A stretch of 64,000 nt of DNA from Chlorobiaceae bacterium (GCA_013335115.1 JAAXWQ010000004.1:45974-109973); one strand, 5' to 3'. Positions 8,656 to 17,907 are shown, counted from the first letter of the stretch. The notes: a model not told the origin generated them from the letters alone. Made by a program: numbers and translations.

Positions 8656-10227
8656 TCACTGGTGCTTTTCGGACCTGAAAGAATCGACGAGTCGTTCGAC
8701 CTCGAGGTTGTAATGTTCCGTGTCACCTTCCCATCCGGCGAGGCAGGGCACCAGATGACGCCTTACCTCCATTGCCAGGTCGCATCCGCTCTCTTTGTCT
8801 ACAGCGCGCCACTGTTCGAGCCGTGCCTGCCGGACAAGGCTTACCGGGAAAAGTATCCGCGTCCCCTCATCCTCCTCCCGTCTCCTGGCAATGACGACCT
8901 CCTCCCTGATCCAGGCATTGTTTATGCTGTTTTCCGAAAGGATCAGTACCACCTTCTCGTGATGCCATGCCTGTTGCGTCATATTTCCTTTGCTACCCCC
9001 CCCTTTTGGTCGGTTCCTGACGGAGAGCCAGCAACGCACCCCTTTTGACTGGAGATCTGCATGGAGGCGTTCGGCAAGGGCACGGTCCTTGTGGCTGTAG
9101 ACGATAAAGCAGGAGTAATGGTCGAGGTCTGCCCCGGAAAGCGAGTGCACGTAATGCATGAAGGTTTCCGGCACGCCGCATCCGCGAAGGAATGCATCCG
9201 GTATTTTTCCCCTTGACCTGAAAATGGTGCTGATGCTGATTTCCGAAGGTCCGGTGTATCTCGCCGTCCCGCTACCCCTGATGTTGCTGAGGTCGACATT
9301 GATAAAACCGGCGTTGCTGATCTCGGTACCGGCAATACTGGCCATGCTCAGGTCGGCGCCGGTGAAGATGGCGCCATCAAGACTGGCTCCATCCAGGATG
9401 GCGTCGCAAAGATTCGCTCCACTGAGATTCGCCCGCGTCAGCAGTGCGTCGTTGAGTTCCGATCCGCTCAGGTTCGCCATGGAGAGGTTCGCCCCCGTCA
9501 GGTTGGCGCCATTGAGCTTTGTCCATTTGAGCTTGGCATCCCTGAGGTCCGCCTCCTCGAGATCGGCATCGCCCAGTTCAGCCATGCTCAGGTCGGTGTC
9601 GGAGAGGTTGGCGTCGTGCAGGTCCGCATCGGAGAGGTTCGCATCCCGCAGGTCTGCGTCGCTGAGGTCCGCCATGCTGAGGTTCGTGTCATGAAGGTTG
9701 GCCCCGATGAGGTCGGCCCAGCTCAGTTTCGCGTCGCGAAGGTCGGCATCGCCGAGATCGGCCATGCTCAGTCCCGCGCCGCTGAGGTCGGCACCGTTGA
9801 GGTTCGCATCCCTCAGGTCGGCCTCGCTCAGGTTCGCTCCGTTGAGCTTCGCCTCACTGAGGTTGGCTCCCGTCAGGATCGCGCCGCTGAGGTTTGCATC
9901 CTTCAGGTCGACCTCGCCGAGGTCGGCGCCGCTGAGGTCGGCCCCAGTCAGGACAACCCCACACAGTTTCGCCCTCCGGAGGTTCGCTTCCCGAAGGTTG
10001 GTCGCAGAAAGATTGACGCCATAAAGACGGGCTTCATGGAAATCCGCACCCTCGAGCAGCGCCCTGCTCAGGTTCGCACCATTGAGCTTCGATCCTTCAA
10101 GGTTGACGCCTCGCAGGTCGGCGCCCTTGAGGTCGACTTTGGTAAGCTCCACGGCCGCATCGGGATGCTCCGCCCTCTCCTGGTTCCACTCGGAAACCGA
10201 CCTGAGAAGCAACTCCATGTTCATCAT
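8656..10227 (-). CDS. Pentapeptide-repeat protein fused to a C-terminal TIR domain
   Basis: Track ORF 8656..10293. The likely start is MMNMELL at 10227. Track-ORF residues ~51-340 (nt 9274..10143) are uninterrupted A(D/N)LxG/D-type pentads (ADLRG VNLEG SKLNG ANLSR ...). Residues ~392-535 (nt 8689..9120) read YSCFIVYSHKDRALAERLHADLQSKGVRCWL...KVVLILSENSINNAWIREEVVIA. That is a TIR-like beta-A strand followed by an S..W..E glutamate motif. Confidence 0.8.
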   Translation of the reverse strand: MMNMELLLRSVSEWNQERAEHPDAAVELTKVDLKGADLRGVNLEGSKLNGANLSRALLEGADFHEARLYGVNLSATNLREANLRRAKLCGVVLTGADLSGADLGEVDLKDANLSGAILTGANLSEAKLNGANLSEADLRDANLNGADLSGAGLSMADLGDADLRDAKLSWADLIGANLHDTNLSMADLSDADLRDANLSDADLHDANLSDTDLSMAELGDADLEEADLRDAKLKWTKLNGANLTGANLSMANLSGSELNDALLTRANLSGANLCDAILDGASLDGAIFTGADLSMASIAGTEISNAGFINVDLSNIRGSGTARYTGPSEISISTIFRSRGKIPDAFLRGCGVPETFMHYVHSLSGADLDHYSCFIVYSHKDRALAERLHADLQSKGVRCWLSVRNRPKGGGSKGNMTQQAWHHEKVVLILSENSINNAWIREEVVIARRREEDEGTRILFPVSLVRQARLEQWRAVDKESGCDLAMEVRRHLVPCLAGWEGDTEHYNLEVERLVDSFRSEKHQ

Positions 10228-10439
10228 GGCTACCCCTGTCTTAGAATGTTCACCCTGTCGTTGTGGACGCCACGCGATAGCGCGACGGTTCATCGATACT
10301 GCCCATTACCTTCAACAACTGTTCATCCCGCAATAGTTTGCCTTCCGGATATTTTCCCCGGCTTACCTCGTTCGTAATTTGTCGTATATTTACGGACTTC
10401 GCCGCGCCAACCGTTCTCAGAACCACTTTCAAGGAGACC

Positions 10440-11756
10440 ATGGGTACCATTTTCCAGAACGCCAGACTTATTAACCCCGCAGAAAACCTCGACGCGAAAG
10501 GGTCGTTGAGGATCGATGACGCAGGGATCATCGATCAGCTTTCGATCGGTTCCGTCATCGCGCCACTGGAGGGCGACCTGGTCATCGATCTCGAAGGCAA
10601 AGTGCTTGCCCCGGGCCTGTTCGACATGCACTGCCACTTTCGCGAGCCCGGCCAGGAGTACAAGGAGACCCTCGAATCCGGAGCGGCTGCCGCTGCCAGG
10701 GGGGGCTTTACCGGGGTCGCCCTCATGCCGAACACCCGGCCGGTCATCGACAGTCCGCTCGGCGTGGCATACATCCGGCACCACAGCGCCACCCTGCCGG
10801 TCGACCTCGAGGTCATCGGGGCCATGACCGCCGAAAGCAAGGGCGAGGCACTCGCCCCTTTCGGCAAATACAGCTCCTACGGAGTCAAGGCGGTCTCTGA
10901 CGACGGTACGGCTATCCAGGACACGCAGATCATGCGGCTGGCCATCGAGTATGCGGCGAACTTCGACCTCCTCCTTATCCAGCACGCAGAGGACAGATTC
11001 CTCAGTGCCGGAGGCATCATGAACGAAGGCCCCACCTCCGCCACGCTCGGTTTCAAGGGCATTCCCGAAGTCGCCGAATCGATCATGATCGGAAGGGACA
11101 TCCAGATGCTGAACTGGCTCAAGCGCCACAAACTCAGCGGCTCGATGCACGAGCCGAGATACCATGTCGCCCACATCAGTACCGCCGGATCGGTCGACCT
11201 GGTGCGCAAGGCCAAGGCGGCCGGCCTGAAGGTCTCCTGCGAAGTTACGCCTCACCACTTCACCCTTTGCGACGAGGATATCGTCGATGCGGTCGACAAG
11301 GGCAATTTCATCATGAAGCCGCCGCTCGCCTCGAAAGAGAGCCGTCAGGCCCTCATCGACGGCATCGTCGACGGCACTATCGATGCCATCGCCACCGACC
11401 ATGCCCCCCATGCCAAGCACGAAAAGGAGTGTCCTCCCGACCAGGCTTCGTTCGGCATCATCGGCCTGGAGACTTCGGTGGGACTGACCATCACCGAACT
11501 GGTCGACAAAAAACTGATCACCCTTTCCCGGGCGATCGGGCTTCTTTCGACCAACCCGAGGCGAATCCTCGGCCTTGAAACCATCCTCTTCAAGGCTGGT
11601 GAGAAAGCGAACCTCTGCATCATCGATCCCGAGTGCATCTGGACGGTCAACGAGGAGGATTTCCGGTCGAAATCCGGGAATACTCCGTTCATCGGCCGTT
11701 CCCTCAAGGGGCGCGCCGTGGGCATTTTCCATAAGGGCAGGTATCTCACGGATTAA
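10440..11756 (+). CDS. pyrC: Dihydroorotase
   Basis: ATG at 10440 follows AAGGAG (10431-10436). Motifs: LAPGLFDMHCHFREPGQEYKETLESGAAAAARGGFT, HISTAGSV and ATDHAPH, the amidohydrolase metal ligands of class I DHOase. Confidence 0.92.
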   Translation: MGTIFQNARLINPAENLDAKGSLRIDDAGIIDQLSIGSVIAPLEGDLVIDLEGKVLAPGLFDMHCHFREPGQEYKETLESGAAAAARGGFTGVALMPNTRPVIDSPLGVAYIRHHSATLPVDLEVIGAMTAESKGEALAPFGKYSSYGVKAVSDDGTAIQDTQIMRLAIEYAANFDLLLIQHAEDRFLSAGGIMNEGPTSATLGFKGIPEVAESIMIGRDIQMLNWLKRHKLSGSMHEPRYHVAHISTAGSVDLVRKAKAAGLKVSCEVTPHHFTLCDEDIVDAVDKGNFIMKPPLASKESRQALIDGIVDGTIDAIATDHAPHAKHEKECPPDQASFGIIGLETSVGLTITELVDKKLITLSRAIGLLSTNPRRILGLETILFKAGEKANLCIIDPECIWTVNEEDFRSKSGNTPFIGRSLKGRAVGIFHKGRYLTD

Positions 11757-11945
11757 TCCTCTATCTGCATGAAATTACAGGGCAGGGATGTTGGTTCTTT
11801 GCCCTTTATTTGTTACTTTCGATTTCTTTTACAGCGAAATATGGAGGCATGGAGCTCCACGCGCGGCCAAGTCCGTCCAAAGGCGGATGCTGCGGGTCGG
11901 GTCTTGATGCCGTGAATCAACATCAAGCATTTCCGGATAAGCAAC

Positions 11946-12137
11946 ATGGCCAAGAAACAAACGTTCGGTGACAAGCAGAAAAAAGGCACGGCTGACTTCA
12001 AGGTCGCCAAGCTGGTCTATTCGATGAAGTCCGAAAAAACCAACGCATGGAAATTCGTCGAGAAGAATGTCCGCATTCCCAACGGTGAGAACGACGTGGA
12101 TATCCTCAAGAAGGCCATCTCCTCCACGGGCAAGTAA
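11946..12137 (+). CDS. Small conserved basic protein, DUF4295-like (63 aa)
   Basis: MAKKQTFGDKQKKGTADFKVAKLVYSMKSEKTNAWKFVEKNVRIP... resembles the Bacteroidetes/Chlorobi DUF4295 pattern (MAKK..., V-K-S-x-K-T-G-A-Y-x-F-x-E). Recognised from memory only. Confidence 0.55.
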   Translation: MAKKQTFGDKQKKGTADFKVAKLVYSMKSEKTNAWKFVEKNVRIPNGENDVDILKKAISSTGK

Positions 12138-12188
12138 TCCTTGCGGGGCACCCCTTCCCCGCCGCCGCCTTTCGAGCACAGGAGAAAC

Positions 12189-12974
12189 ATGACCGAACAA
12201 CGACCTCCTTCCCGGGACCACAGCGCCCGGGAATGGTTCGAAGACTGGTTCAACCACCCCCTTTATCTCAAAGTCTACAGCCATCGTGACGATGCCGAGG
12301 CGGACCTCTGCGTCGAGGCGATCCTGCGCCTTACCGGACTCGACCGCAATCCTTCAGCGGCTTCGGTGCTCGATATCGCCTGCGGAGCCGGCCGGCACGC
12401 CATCGCGTTTTCCCGGAAGGGCCACGAGGTCACGGCCAACGACCTCTCGGCATTCCTGCTTGGTACTGCCCGTTCAGAAGCCGAAGCGGCAGGGCTCAAT
12501 ATCACGTTCAGCAACAGCGACATGCGCCATTTCAGGCTCGACCGTAAGTTCGACCTGGTGGTGCAACTCTTTTCCAGCTTCGGCTACTTCGAAACCGAAG
12601 CCGAGGACCGGGCGGTATTGCGTCATGTCCATGCCATGCTCCGGCCGGGCGGCTGGTACGTGCTCGACCTGCTCAACCCCTCCTGGCTCGCCGCCCGTTT
12701 CGTACCGAGGAACGAAAAAAAGGTGGACGGCCTCACCATTATCGAAGAGCGCACATTGACCGGCGAGAAAGTGGTCAAACGCCTCGACATCCGTGATGTG
12801 GAGGGCCACCGGTTTTCGTTTACCGAGTCGGTGATGCTTTTTTCAAGGGAAACGATATCTGCCCTGCTCGAGAGCGAAGGGTTCGATGTGGTACGGATTG
12901 CCGGTGATTACCACGGCTCCGCATACGACGTGGATGCATCCCCAAGGATGCTGCTCTTCTCGAAGATTCGGTAA
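12189..12974 (+). CDS. Class I SAM-dependent methyltransferase
   Basis: ATG at 12189 follows GGAG. Motif I is VLDIACGAGRHAIAFSRKGHEVTANDLS, and post-I/II motifs are FDLVVQLFSSFGY and LRPGGWYVLD. The substrate is unknown. Confidence 0.8.
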   Translation: MTEQRPPSRDHSAREWFEDWFNHPLYLKVYSHRDDAEADLCVEAILRLTGLDRNPSAASVLDIACGAGRHAIAFSRKGHEVTANDLSAFLLGTARSEAEAAGLNITFSNSDMRHFRLDRKFDLVVQLFSSFGYFETEAEDRAVLRHVHAMLRPGGWYVLDLLNPSWLAARFVPRNEKKVDGLTIIEERTLTGEKVVKRLDIRDVEGHRFSFTESVMLFSRETISALLESEGFDVVRIAGDYHGSAYDVDASPRMLLFSKIR

Positions 12975-13024
12975 CAAGTGACGTGTCACTGATTCCTTGT
13001 CACGCGTCCCTCATCACTCGTCAC
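12975..13024. repeat. GTGAC/GTCAC-rich intergenic element containing the palindrome AGTGACGTGTCACT
   Basis: The sequence is caagtgacgtgtcactgattccttgtcacgcgtccctcatcactcgtcac, between convergent stops at 12974 (+) and 13021 (-). It contains ACGTGTCAC, the reverse complement of GTGACACGT, which is also found at 35741..35763 and 45191..45199. Confidence 0.6.
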
Positions 13025-14019
13025 AGCATGTTGTGGTCGCGGTACCACTCGAAGGTGCGGCGGATACTCGCTTCGTATGGTTCCGACCGCATGCCGAGTT
13101 CCCGTTTCGCTTTGGAAGAGTCGAAGTACAGGAACTGTGATGCCACAGTGTAGAGGTTCATGTTGAACAGCTTCGAGACTTTCTTACGCATCCCCATGAC
13201 GCCGATGAAGGAATGGATCACTTTGGCAGCCCAGAGTGGCAATGGAAGCGCGAACTGGTGGACGCCAGTTACCTTCATGATGGTCTTGGTGAGCTCCCTG
13301 TAGGAGACGTTGTCCCCCCCGATGATGTAACGTTCGCCGGTCCGCCCCTGCTTCATGGCGGCAATCAGCGCCTCGGCCACGATGCCGACATCGACCACGC
13401 ACACCCCTCCCAGGGGGAAGAACGGCATCTTGCGGTTGTAGACATCCTTGATGATCCTTCCGGCATTGAAGTTGATGTCTCCGGCACCGAAGACGAACGC
13501 CGGCACGGCAATCACGCAATCGAGGCCGTTGCGGATCTCTTCGGCGACGATCTGTTCGGCGATATGCTTGGTCTTGGGATACTCGAGGTCGATGAAGCGC
13601 TCGAAATTCCACTCGCTCTGTTCGTTGAGCGGATGCGTTTCGCTGCCAATGCCGACAGCCGAGACCGAGCTGACGTGCACTACCCGCCGCACTCCTGCTT
13701 TCCTCGAAGCTGCGAGGACATTCCTGGTGCCGTCGATATTTATTTTCGGGAGCATGGGGTTCGGCCTGCTTCCCATATAGGTGATGCCGGCGCAGTGATA
13801 GACCTCTTCGATGCCGTCGAACCGTCCTTCCAGGCTCCCCGCATCCGTCACGTCGCCGCGGACCAGCACGATTCGGTCGATGCAGTCCTCGAGCGACGTC
13901 AGTTCCGAACTGGCGCGCACCAGGACATGTACCTCGTTGCAGGACTCTTCAGTCAGCTTTGCGGCCAGGCGCGAACCGATGAATCCGGTGCCCCCGGTGA
14001 CCAATATTTTTTTCCTCAT
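13021..14019 (-). CDS. NAD-dependent epimerase/dehydratase family protein (extended SDR)
   Basis: In-frame ATG at 14019 gives MRKKILVTGGTGFIGSRLAAKL (Rossmann GxxGxxG). The longer track ORF (to 14100) would overlap the upstream gene. An extended-SDR-like YPKTK segment (YxxxK) is present. Confidence 0.82.
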   Translation of the reverse strand: MRKKILVTGGTGFIGSRLAAKLTEESCNEVHVLVRASSELTSLEDCIDRIVLVRGDVTDAGSLEGRFDGIEEVYHCAGITYMGSRPNPMLPKINIDGTRNVLAASRKAGVRRVVHVSSVSAVGIGSETHPLNEQSEWNFERFIDLEYPKTKHIAEQIVAEEIRNGLDCVIAVPAFVFGAGDINFNAGRIIKDVYNRKMPFFPLGGVCVVDVGIVAEALIAAMKQGRTGERYIIGGDNVSYRELTKTIMKVTGVHQFALPLPLWAAKVIHSFIGVMGMRKKVSKLFNMNLYTVASQFLYFDSSKAKRELGMRSEPYEASIRRTFEWYRDHNML

Positions 14020-14038
14020 GGCATTCCCGGTAATGATT

Positions 14039-15079
14039 TCACTCAGCAAGCTTGACCTCCCCCGACAATATCCCTTTCCTGATTTTCTCGACGCGGTCAT
14101 GCGAGGCGCTGCCGATCAGTGCGGAGTTCCTGTCGTTGAAGACATAATCGGTATATCGCCCGTCGAGGCCGAACACCCGCTGGCATCCGCCCTGGAACCG
14201 GTTGTCCCTGGCGTCCCGGACCATCGTCAGTACTGCCTTGTCGACCGCCTTGGTCATGCTGGTAAGTACACGGCCGGGGGCGAGGTACTCCTGGTCCATA
14301 TCGGTGCAGATGACGAACTTGCCGGTCTGGCGCGCGGCTTCGATCACCCCGAGCCCGCTGGCGCCGGCTGCCTCGTAGACGACGTCCGCACCGCGGCTGT
14401 ACTGGCCGAGGGCAAGCTCCCTGCCCCTCGACGGGTCGTTGAATGCGCTGCCGGTCATGCCGATGAAGCCGGATATGACCCTGATGTCGGGATTGATGTA
14501 CCTTGCGCCTTCGGCAAAGCCTGACTCAAACTTCCTGATGATGCTTGAATCCATGCCGCCGATGAAGCCGACCGTTCCGGTTTTTGACGCCAATGCGGCG
14601 ATTGCTCCGACGAGGAACGACCCCTTCTTCTCCTCGAACACGATGCCGCCCAGGTTGTCGGGAATCTTCGTGCCGGGCTGCGGCGTGTAGTCGATGCAGA
14701 CGAACTTCTTGTCGGGGAACTCCCTGCCGATGGCCGTGATGTCGTCGGTGAAGAGCAGCCCGACGCCGATGACCATCTTTACGTCGGGATCGGCGGCCAT
14801 CTGGCGGAGGGCGGCCTCACGATCTGCGCCCTCCCCCTGTGGCTCGATGTAATCGAACTCGATGCCGAGCTCTTTTTTTGCCGTTTCGAGCCCCTTGTAG
14901 GCGGCATCGTTGAACGACTTGTCACCCCTGCCGCCGACGTCGAACACCAGGCCGACCTTGTAAGCTCCGGGAGTTGGATTCTTTGGTGATTTATCGGAAC
15001 ATCCGCCAAACAGCAGCATGAGCATCATCATGCAGGCAGATGCCTTGAAGATCGATGGGGAGGAAATCCGAAGGGACAT
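14039..15079 (-). CDS. BMP-family ABC-transporter substrate-binding lipoprotein (PnrA/Med-like)
   Basis: Signal peptide plus lipobox (MMLMLLFGGCS). Family motifs: YKVGLVFDVGGRGDKSFNDAAYKGL, VGFIGGM. Confidence 0.85.
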   Translation of the reverse strand: MSLRISSPSIFKASACMMMLMLLFGGCSDKSPKNPTPGAYKVGLVFDVGGRGDKSFNDAAYKGLETAKKELGIEFDYIEPQGEGADREAALRQMAADPDVKMVIGVGLLFTDDITAIGREFPDKKFVCIDYTPQPGTKIPDNLGGIVFEEKKGSFLVGAIAALASKTGTVGFIGGMDSSIIRKFESGFAEGARYINPDIRVISGFIGMTGSAFNDPSRGRELALGQYSRGADVVYEAAGASGLGVIEAARQTGKFVICTDMDQEYLAPGRVLTSMTKAVDKAVLTMVRDARDNRFQGGCQRVFGLDGRYTDYVFNDRNSALIGSASHDRVEKIRKGILSGEVKLAE

Positions 15080-15277
15080 GAGGACCGGTTGGTTGAGTTA
15101 CGGATTTTACGTTAGGCAAGCTAACAAAAAAGCGGCTCTTTTGACAGCGGAAGCGGACACAAAAGGGCGCGTCGTCATGCATCCGGGCCGGCGGTCGGTT
15201 GTGCGATGGGAATTTGATATATTGAACGACATAAAGATGTCGCCAGTTCCGGTCAAAAGGATTCAACATCCCGTACC

Positions 15278-16720
15278 ATGGCATCCAGCGCCCCCATCCG
15301 TCGATTTCATGAACACCCGCTCTTCCGCCGGGTACTTCCTTTTGCCGTTCTTGTCGCCGCCATTTTGGCCATCTTCAGGATCGGCTACGACAACCGTGAC
15401 CTGATGGTCCCGGTCCGTGACCTCGACGAGATTCGGAAATCCGGGAAACTGCGCGTCCTGCTTGCCTACGACCCCATCAACTATTTCATCTACAAGGGCG
15501 CACCGATGGGCTACAGTTACGAACTGGCCGAACGGTTCGCCAGGCATCTCGGGGTCCAGCTCGAGGTCGTGCCCGTCAGGGACATGGACAGCCAGATCCC
15601 CATGCTCAGGAACGCCAAAGGCGACCTGCTTGCGCACTTCATGACCGTCACGGCGACGCGGTCCAGGGTCATAGACTTTTCGATTCCGCTCGACTCGACG
15701 AGCCAGGTCCTCGTCCAGCGCAAACGGGATGCTGCTGAAAACGGCGGGCTCTTGCGTGATCCCCGGCAGCTTGCCGGCCAGGCGGTCTCTGTGCGTGAGC
15801 AATCCGCCTACTACAACAACCTGCGCGAGATCATGGTCCGCTACGGCATTACCATTGACATCGTTCCGGTTCGCGGTTCGCTCACGACCGGTGAGCTGAT
15901 AAGGGAGGTCAACGACGGCAGGATAAGGTTGACGGTTGCCGACAGCAACATCGCGGTCCCCCACCGCTCGATCTATCCGGACCTCGACATCGGGATGCCG
16001 CTCAGCGCCAGGCAACCTTTGGGCTGGGCCGTCCGCAAGAACTCCCCGAAGCTCCTGAAAGCGCTTGACGCCTGGCTTGAAGACGAGAAGCAATCGGGCA
16101 CCATCCGTTCAATCCACCACAAGTACTACGAGCGCCAGTACCAGTTCAGGAAAGTCGCCGTCGATAACTTTTACTCCGGCAAGCCGGGCGCCATCTCACC
16201 CTACGACAGGATCGTCAGGGCGAACGCCGACAAGGCAGGATGGGACTGGCGCCTGGTCTCTTCGCTGATCTACGAGGAGTCGCAGTTCGACCCTGATGTG
16301 GTGTCGTGGGCCGGCGCCGTCGGCCTGATGCAGCTCATGCCGTCGACGGGGGCGATGCTCGGGGTGTTCAACCTCTCCGACCCGGTAGCAAACATCAGGG
16401 CGGGGACGGCCTACCTCGCATCGCTTGAAAAGGAGTGGACGGAGATAAGGGACGAGGGCACCAGGATAAAGTTCATCCTGGCATCCTACAACGTGGGCCC
16501 GGGCCATGTCCGCGACGCGCAGAAGCTTGCCATCCGTTACGGGGCGGACCCCAACCTCTGGGAAGGAAACGTCGAGAAATACCTTGAACTCAAGTCGGAA
16601 CCGAAGTTCTACAATGACCCCGCCTCGGATCTCGGCTATTGCAACGGCTCCATCCCTGTTCGCTATACCCGGAACATCCTGAGCCGCTACCGCATCTACA
16701 CGCTGGTCATCCCGCGTTGA
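15278..16720 (+). CDS. MltF-like lytic murein transglycosylase (periplasmic-binding domain plus SLT domain)
   Basis: The N-terminal half resembles SBP_bac_3 (GKLRVLLAYDPINYFIYKG). The C-terminal half has the SLT catalytic region LIYEESQFDPDVVSWAGAVGLMQLMPSTG. Confidence 0.85.
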   Translation: MASSAPIRRFHEHPLFRRVLPFAVLVAAILAIFRIGYDNRDLMVPVRDLDEIRKSGKLRVLLAYDPINYFIYKGAPMGYSYELAERFARHLGVQLEVVPVRDMDSQIPMLRNAKGDLLAHFMTVTATRSRVIDFSIPLDSTSQVLVQRKRDAAENGGLLRDPRQLAGQAVSVREQSAYYNNLREIMVRYGITIDIVPVRGSLTTGELIREVNDGRIRLTVADSNIAVPHRSIYPDLDIGMPLSARQPLGWAVRKNSPKLLKALDAWLEDEKQSGTIRSIHHKYYERQYQFRKVAVDNFYSGKPGAISPYDRIVRANADKAGWDWRLVSSLIYEESQFDPDVVSWAGAVGLMQLMPSTGAMLGVFNLSDPVANIRAGTAYLASLEKEWTEIRDEGTRIKFILASYNVGPGHVRDAQKLAIRYGADPNLWEGNVEKYLELKSEPKFYNDPASDLGYCNGSIPVRYTRNILSRYRIYTLVIPR

Positions 16721-16763
16721 GCATGGCTTAACGGCTCTTGCGGATACCGGCGTGCATGGGCAG

Positions 16764-17453
16764 TTACACCTTGCTTCTCAGGTTCATCAGCTCGCTCTCC
16801 CTTTCGGCAAAGAGGTTGCGGAGCCTTTTGAGCTGGAGCGTTGCGACCTGTTCGTTGCCCTGGCGGACCGCTTCGACGACCGTATCGAGGACGCCCGAGA
16901 TGCGTTGGTTTACCTCGCCGGCGGCCATTCCCTGGTCTCGGGCAAGGAACCGGGTCTCCCCAGCAAGCTTGAGCAGGCGGGTCTTGAGCTGGGGCATTGA
17001 GCATCCCCTGGCGAGTTTTTCGAGGCGGTCTGCCCAGACGATATGGCTGCTACGGGTTTCATGCTTCGAGGCGATGCCTGAGATGGACGAAGCCGAGGTG
17101 CTGACGATGACGAACGTGGCGACAAAACCGGCGAGTGTCACGATGTTGAGCGCCATGGCCCCTTTTTCGATCCTGGCTATCGCCAGGGCCACACCTGCGG
17201 ATGCCGTCAGGAGTACCAGCGCCGACATGACGGTCCCGATGCCGATTGAGCCGATCACCCCGGTATCGCCAGTCCTGCCTCCGCCCGAGATCTGGCTGTA
17301 GACGATTGCTCCTGCCGAGAGGGAGACGAGCAGCACGGAGGCCAGCATCGTCCGGTCGCCCATGATGCGCTCCGGGAAGAGCACGTAAAAGACACCGGCC
17401 ACGGCCAGGACGACGGTTACCGGCAACATCATCCACAGGATCGAATTCTTCAT
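16764..17453 (-). CDS. Hypothetical integral membrane protein (about 4 TM helices plus a helical C-terminal tail)
   Basis: 229-aa ORF with hydrophobic segments (ILWMMLPVTVVLAVAGVFYVLF, LASVLLVSLSAGAIVY, GTVMSALVLLTASAGVALAIA, LNIVTLAGFVATFVIV). I recognise no family. Confidence 0.6.
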   Translation of the reverse strand: MKNSILWMMLPVTVVLAVAGVFYVLFPERIMGDRTMLASVLLVSLSAGAIVYSQISGGGRTGDTGVIGSIGIGTVMSALVLLTASAGVALAIARIEKGAMALNIVTLAGFVATFVIVSTSASSISGIASKHETRSSHIVWADRLEKLARGCSMPQLKTRLLKLAGETRFLARDQGMAAGEVNQRISGVLDTVVEAVRQGNEQVATLQLKRLRNLFAERESELMNLRSKV

Positions 17454-17466
17454 GCTTCTTTCATTG

Positions 17467-17637
17467 TTATCGTGACAGGATCTCCTGTTTTTCCGTGGCG
17501 AACTCCGCCGCGGTCAGGATTCCCTGGTTCTTCAGTCCGGCAAGCTCCCTGAGCAGCCCGGGTATCCTCACATGCTCGATCGGAGGCCCCCGGGACGGTT
17601 GGCCCGGTGCGCCGTCAGGCAGGGGCTTCCGTCCCAC
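17467..17637 (-). CDS. Possible small SHOCT-domain protein (56 aa from GTG), or a remnant
   Basis: Hand translation gives VGRKPLPDGAPGQPSRGPPIEHVRIPGLLRELAGLKNQGILTAAEFATEKQEILSR*. The C-terminal 28 aa fit the SHOCT pattern (L..L..L...G.LT..EF...K..IL). It is too short for the track. The only start is a GTG, and the N-terminal half is low-complexity. Confidence 0.3.
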   Translation of the reverse strand: MGRKPLPDGAPGQPSRGPPIEHVRIPGLLRELAGLKNQGILTAAEFATEKQEILSR

Positions 17638-17907
17638 TTGACCAGATCGCTGACTGCCATACGGGGATTCGTTTCCTGTTCGGTCGTGCCGGGTGCCGGT
17701 CCGGCGTGCTGGTTCAAATTGACCCTAAAGATAATAAAAAAGAGTCCCTGTACGTCATGATTCCCTGTCTTGGCCCGTATCGCGATCCCCTCCGCCAGGA
17801 ATGCCGCGACGAGGTGCCCTAAAGGTGCCCTGAAAAATATCCGGCGGCTTTTCGGTATCCACATGCTACATTCCTGCACTTTATTTATTCTTCACCCTCC
17901 CATACCC

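Noticed and set aside
9158-10377. Several + strand ORFs (178, 253, 108, 84 aa) with repetitive Ser/Ala/Arg/Leu or Val/Gly/Glu patterns
   Set aside because: These are mirror frames of the 15-nt-periodic pentapeptide-repeat coding sequence on the minus strand. The periodicity keeps the antisense frames open, so they are not independent genes.
10323-11732. 469-aa minus-strand ORF
   Set aside because: Antisense to pyrC, which has unambiguous dihydroorotase motifs and an AAGGAG ribosome-binding site. It has shadow-ORF composition.
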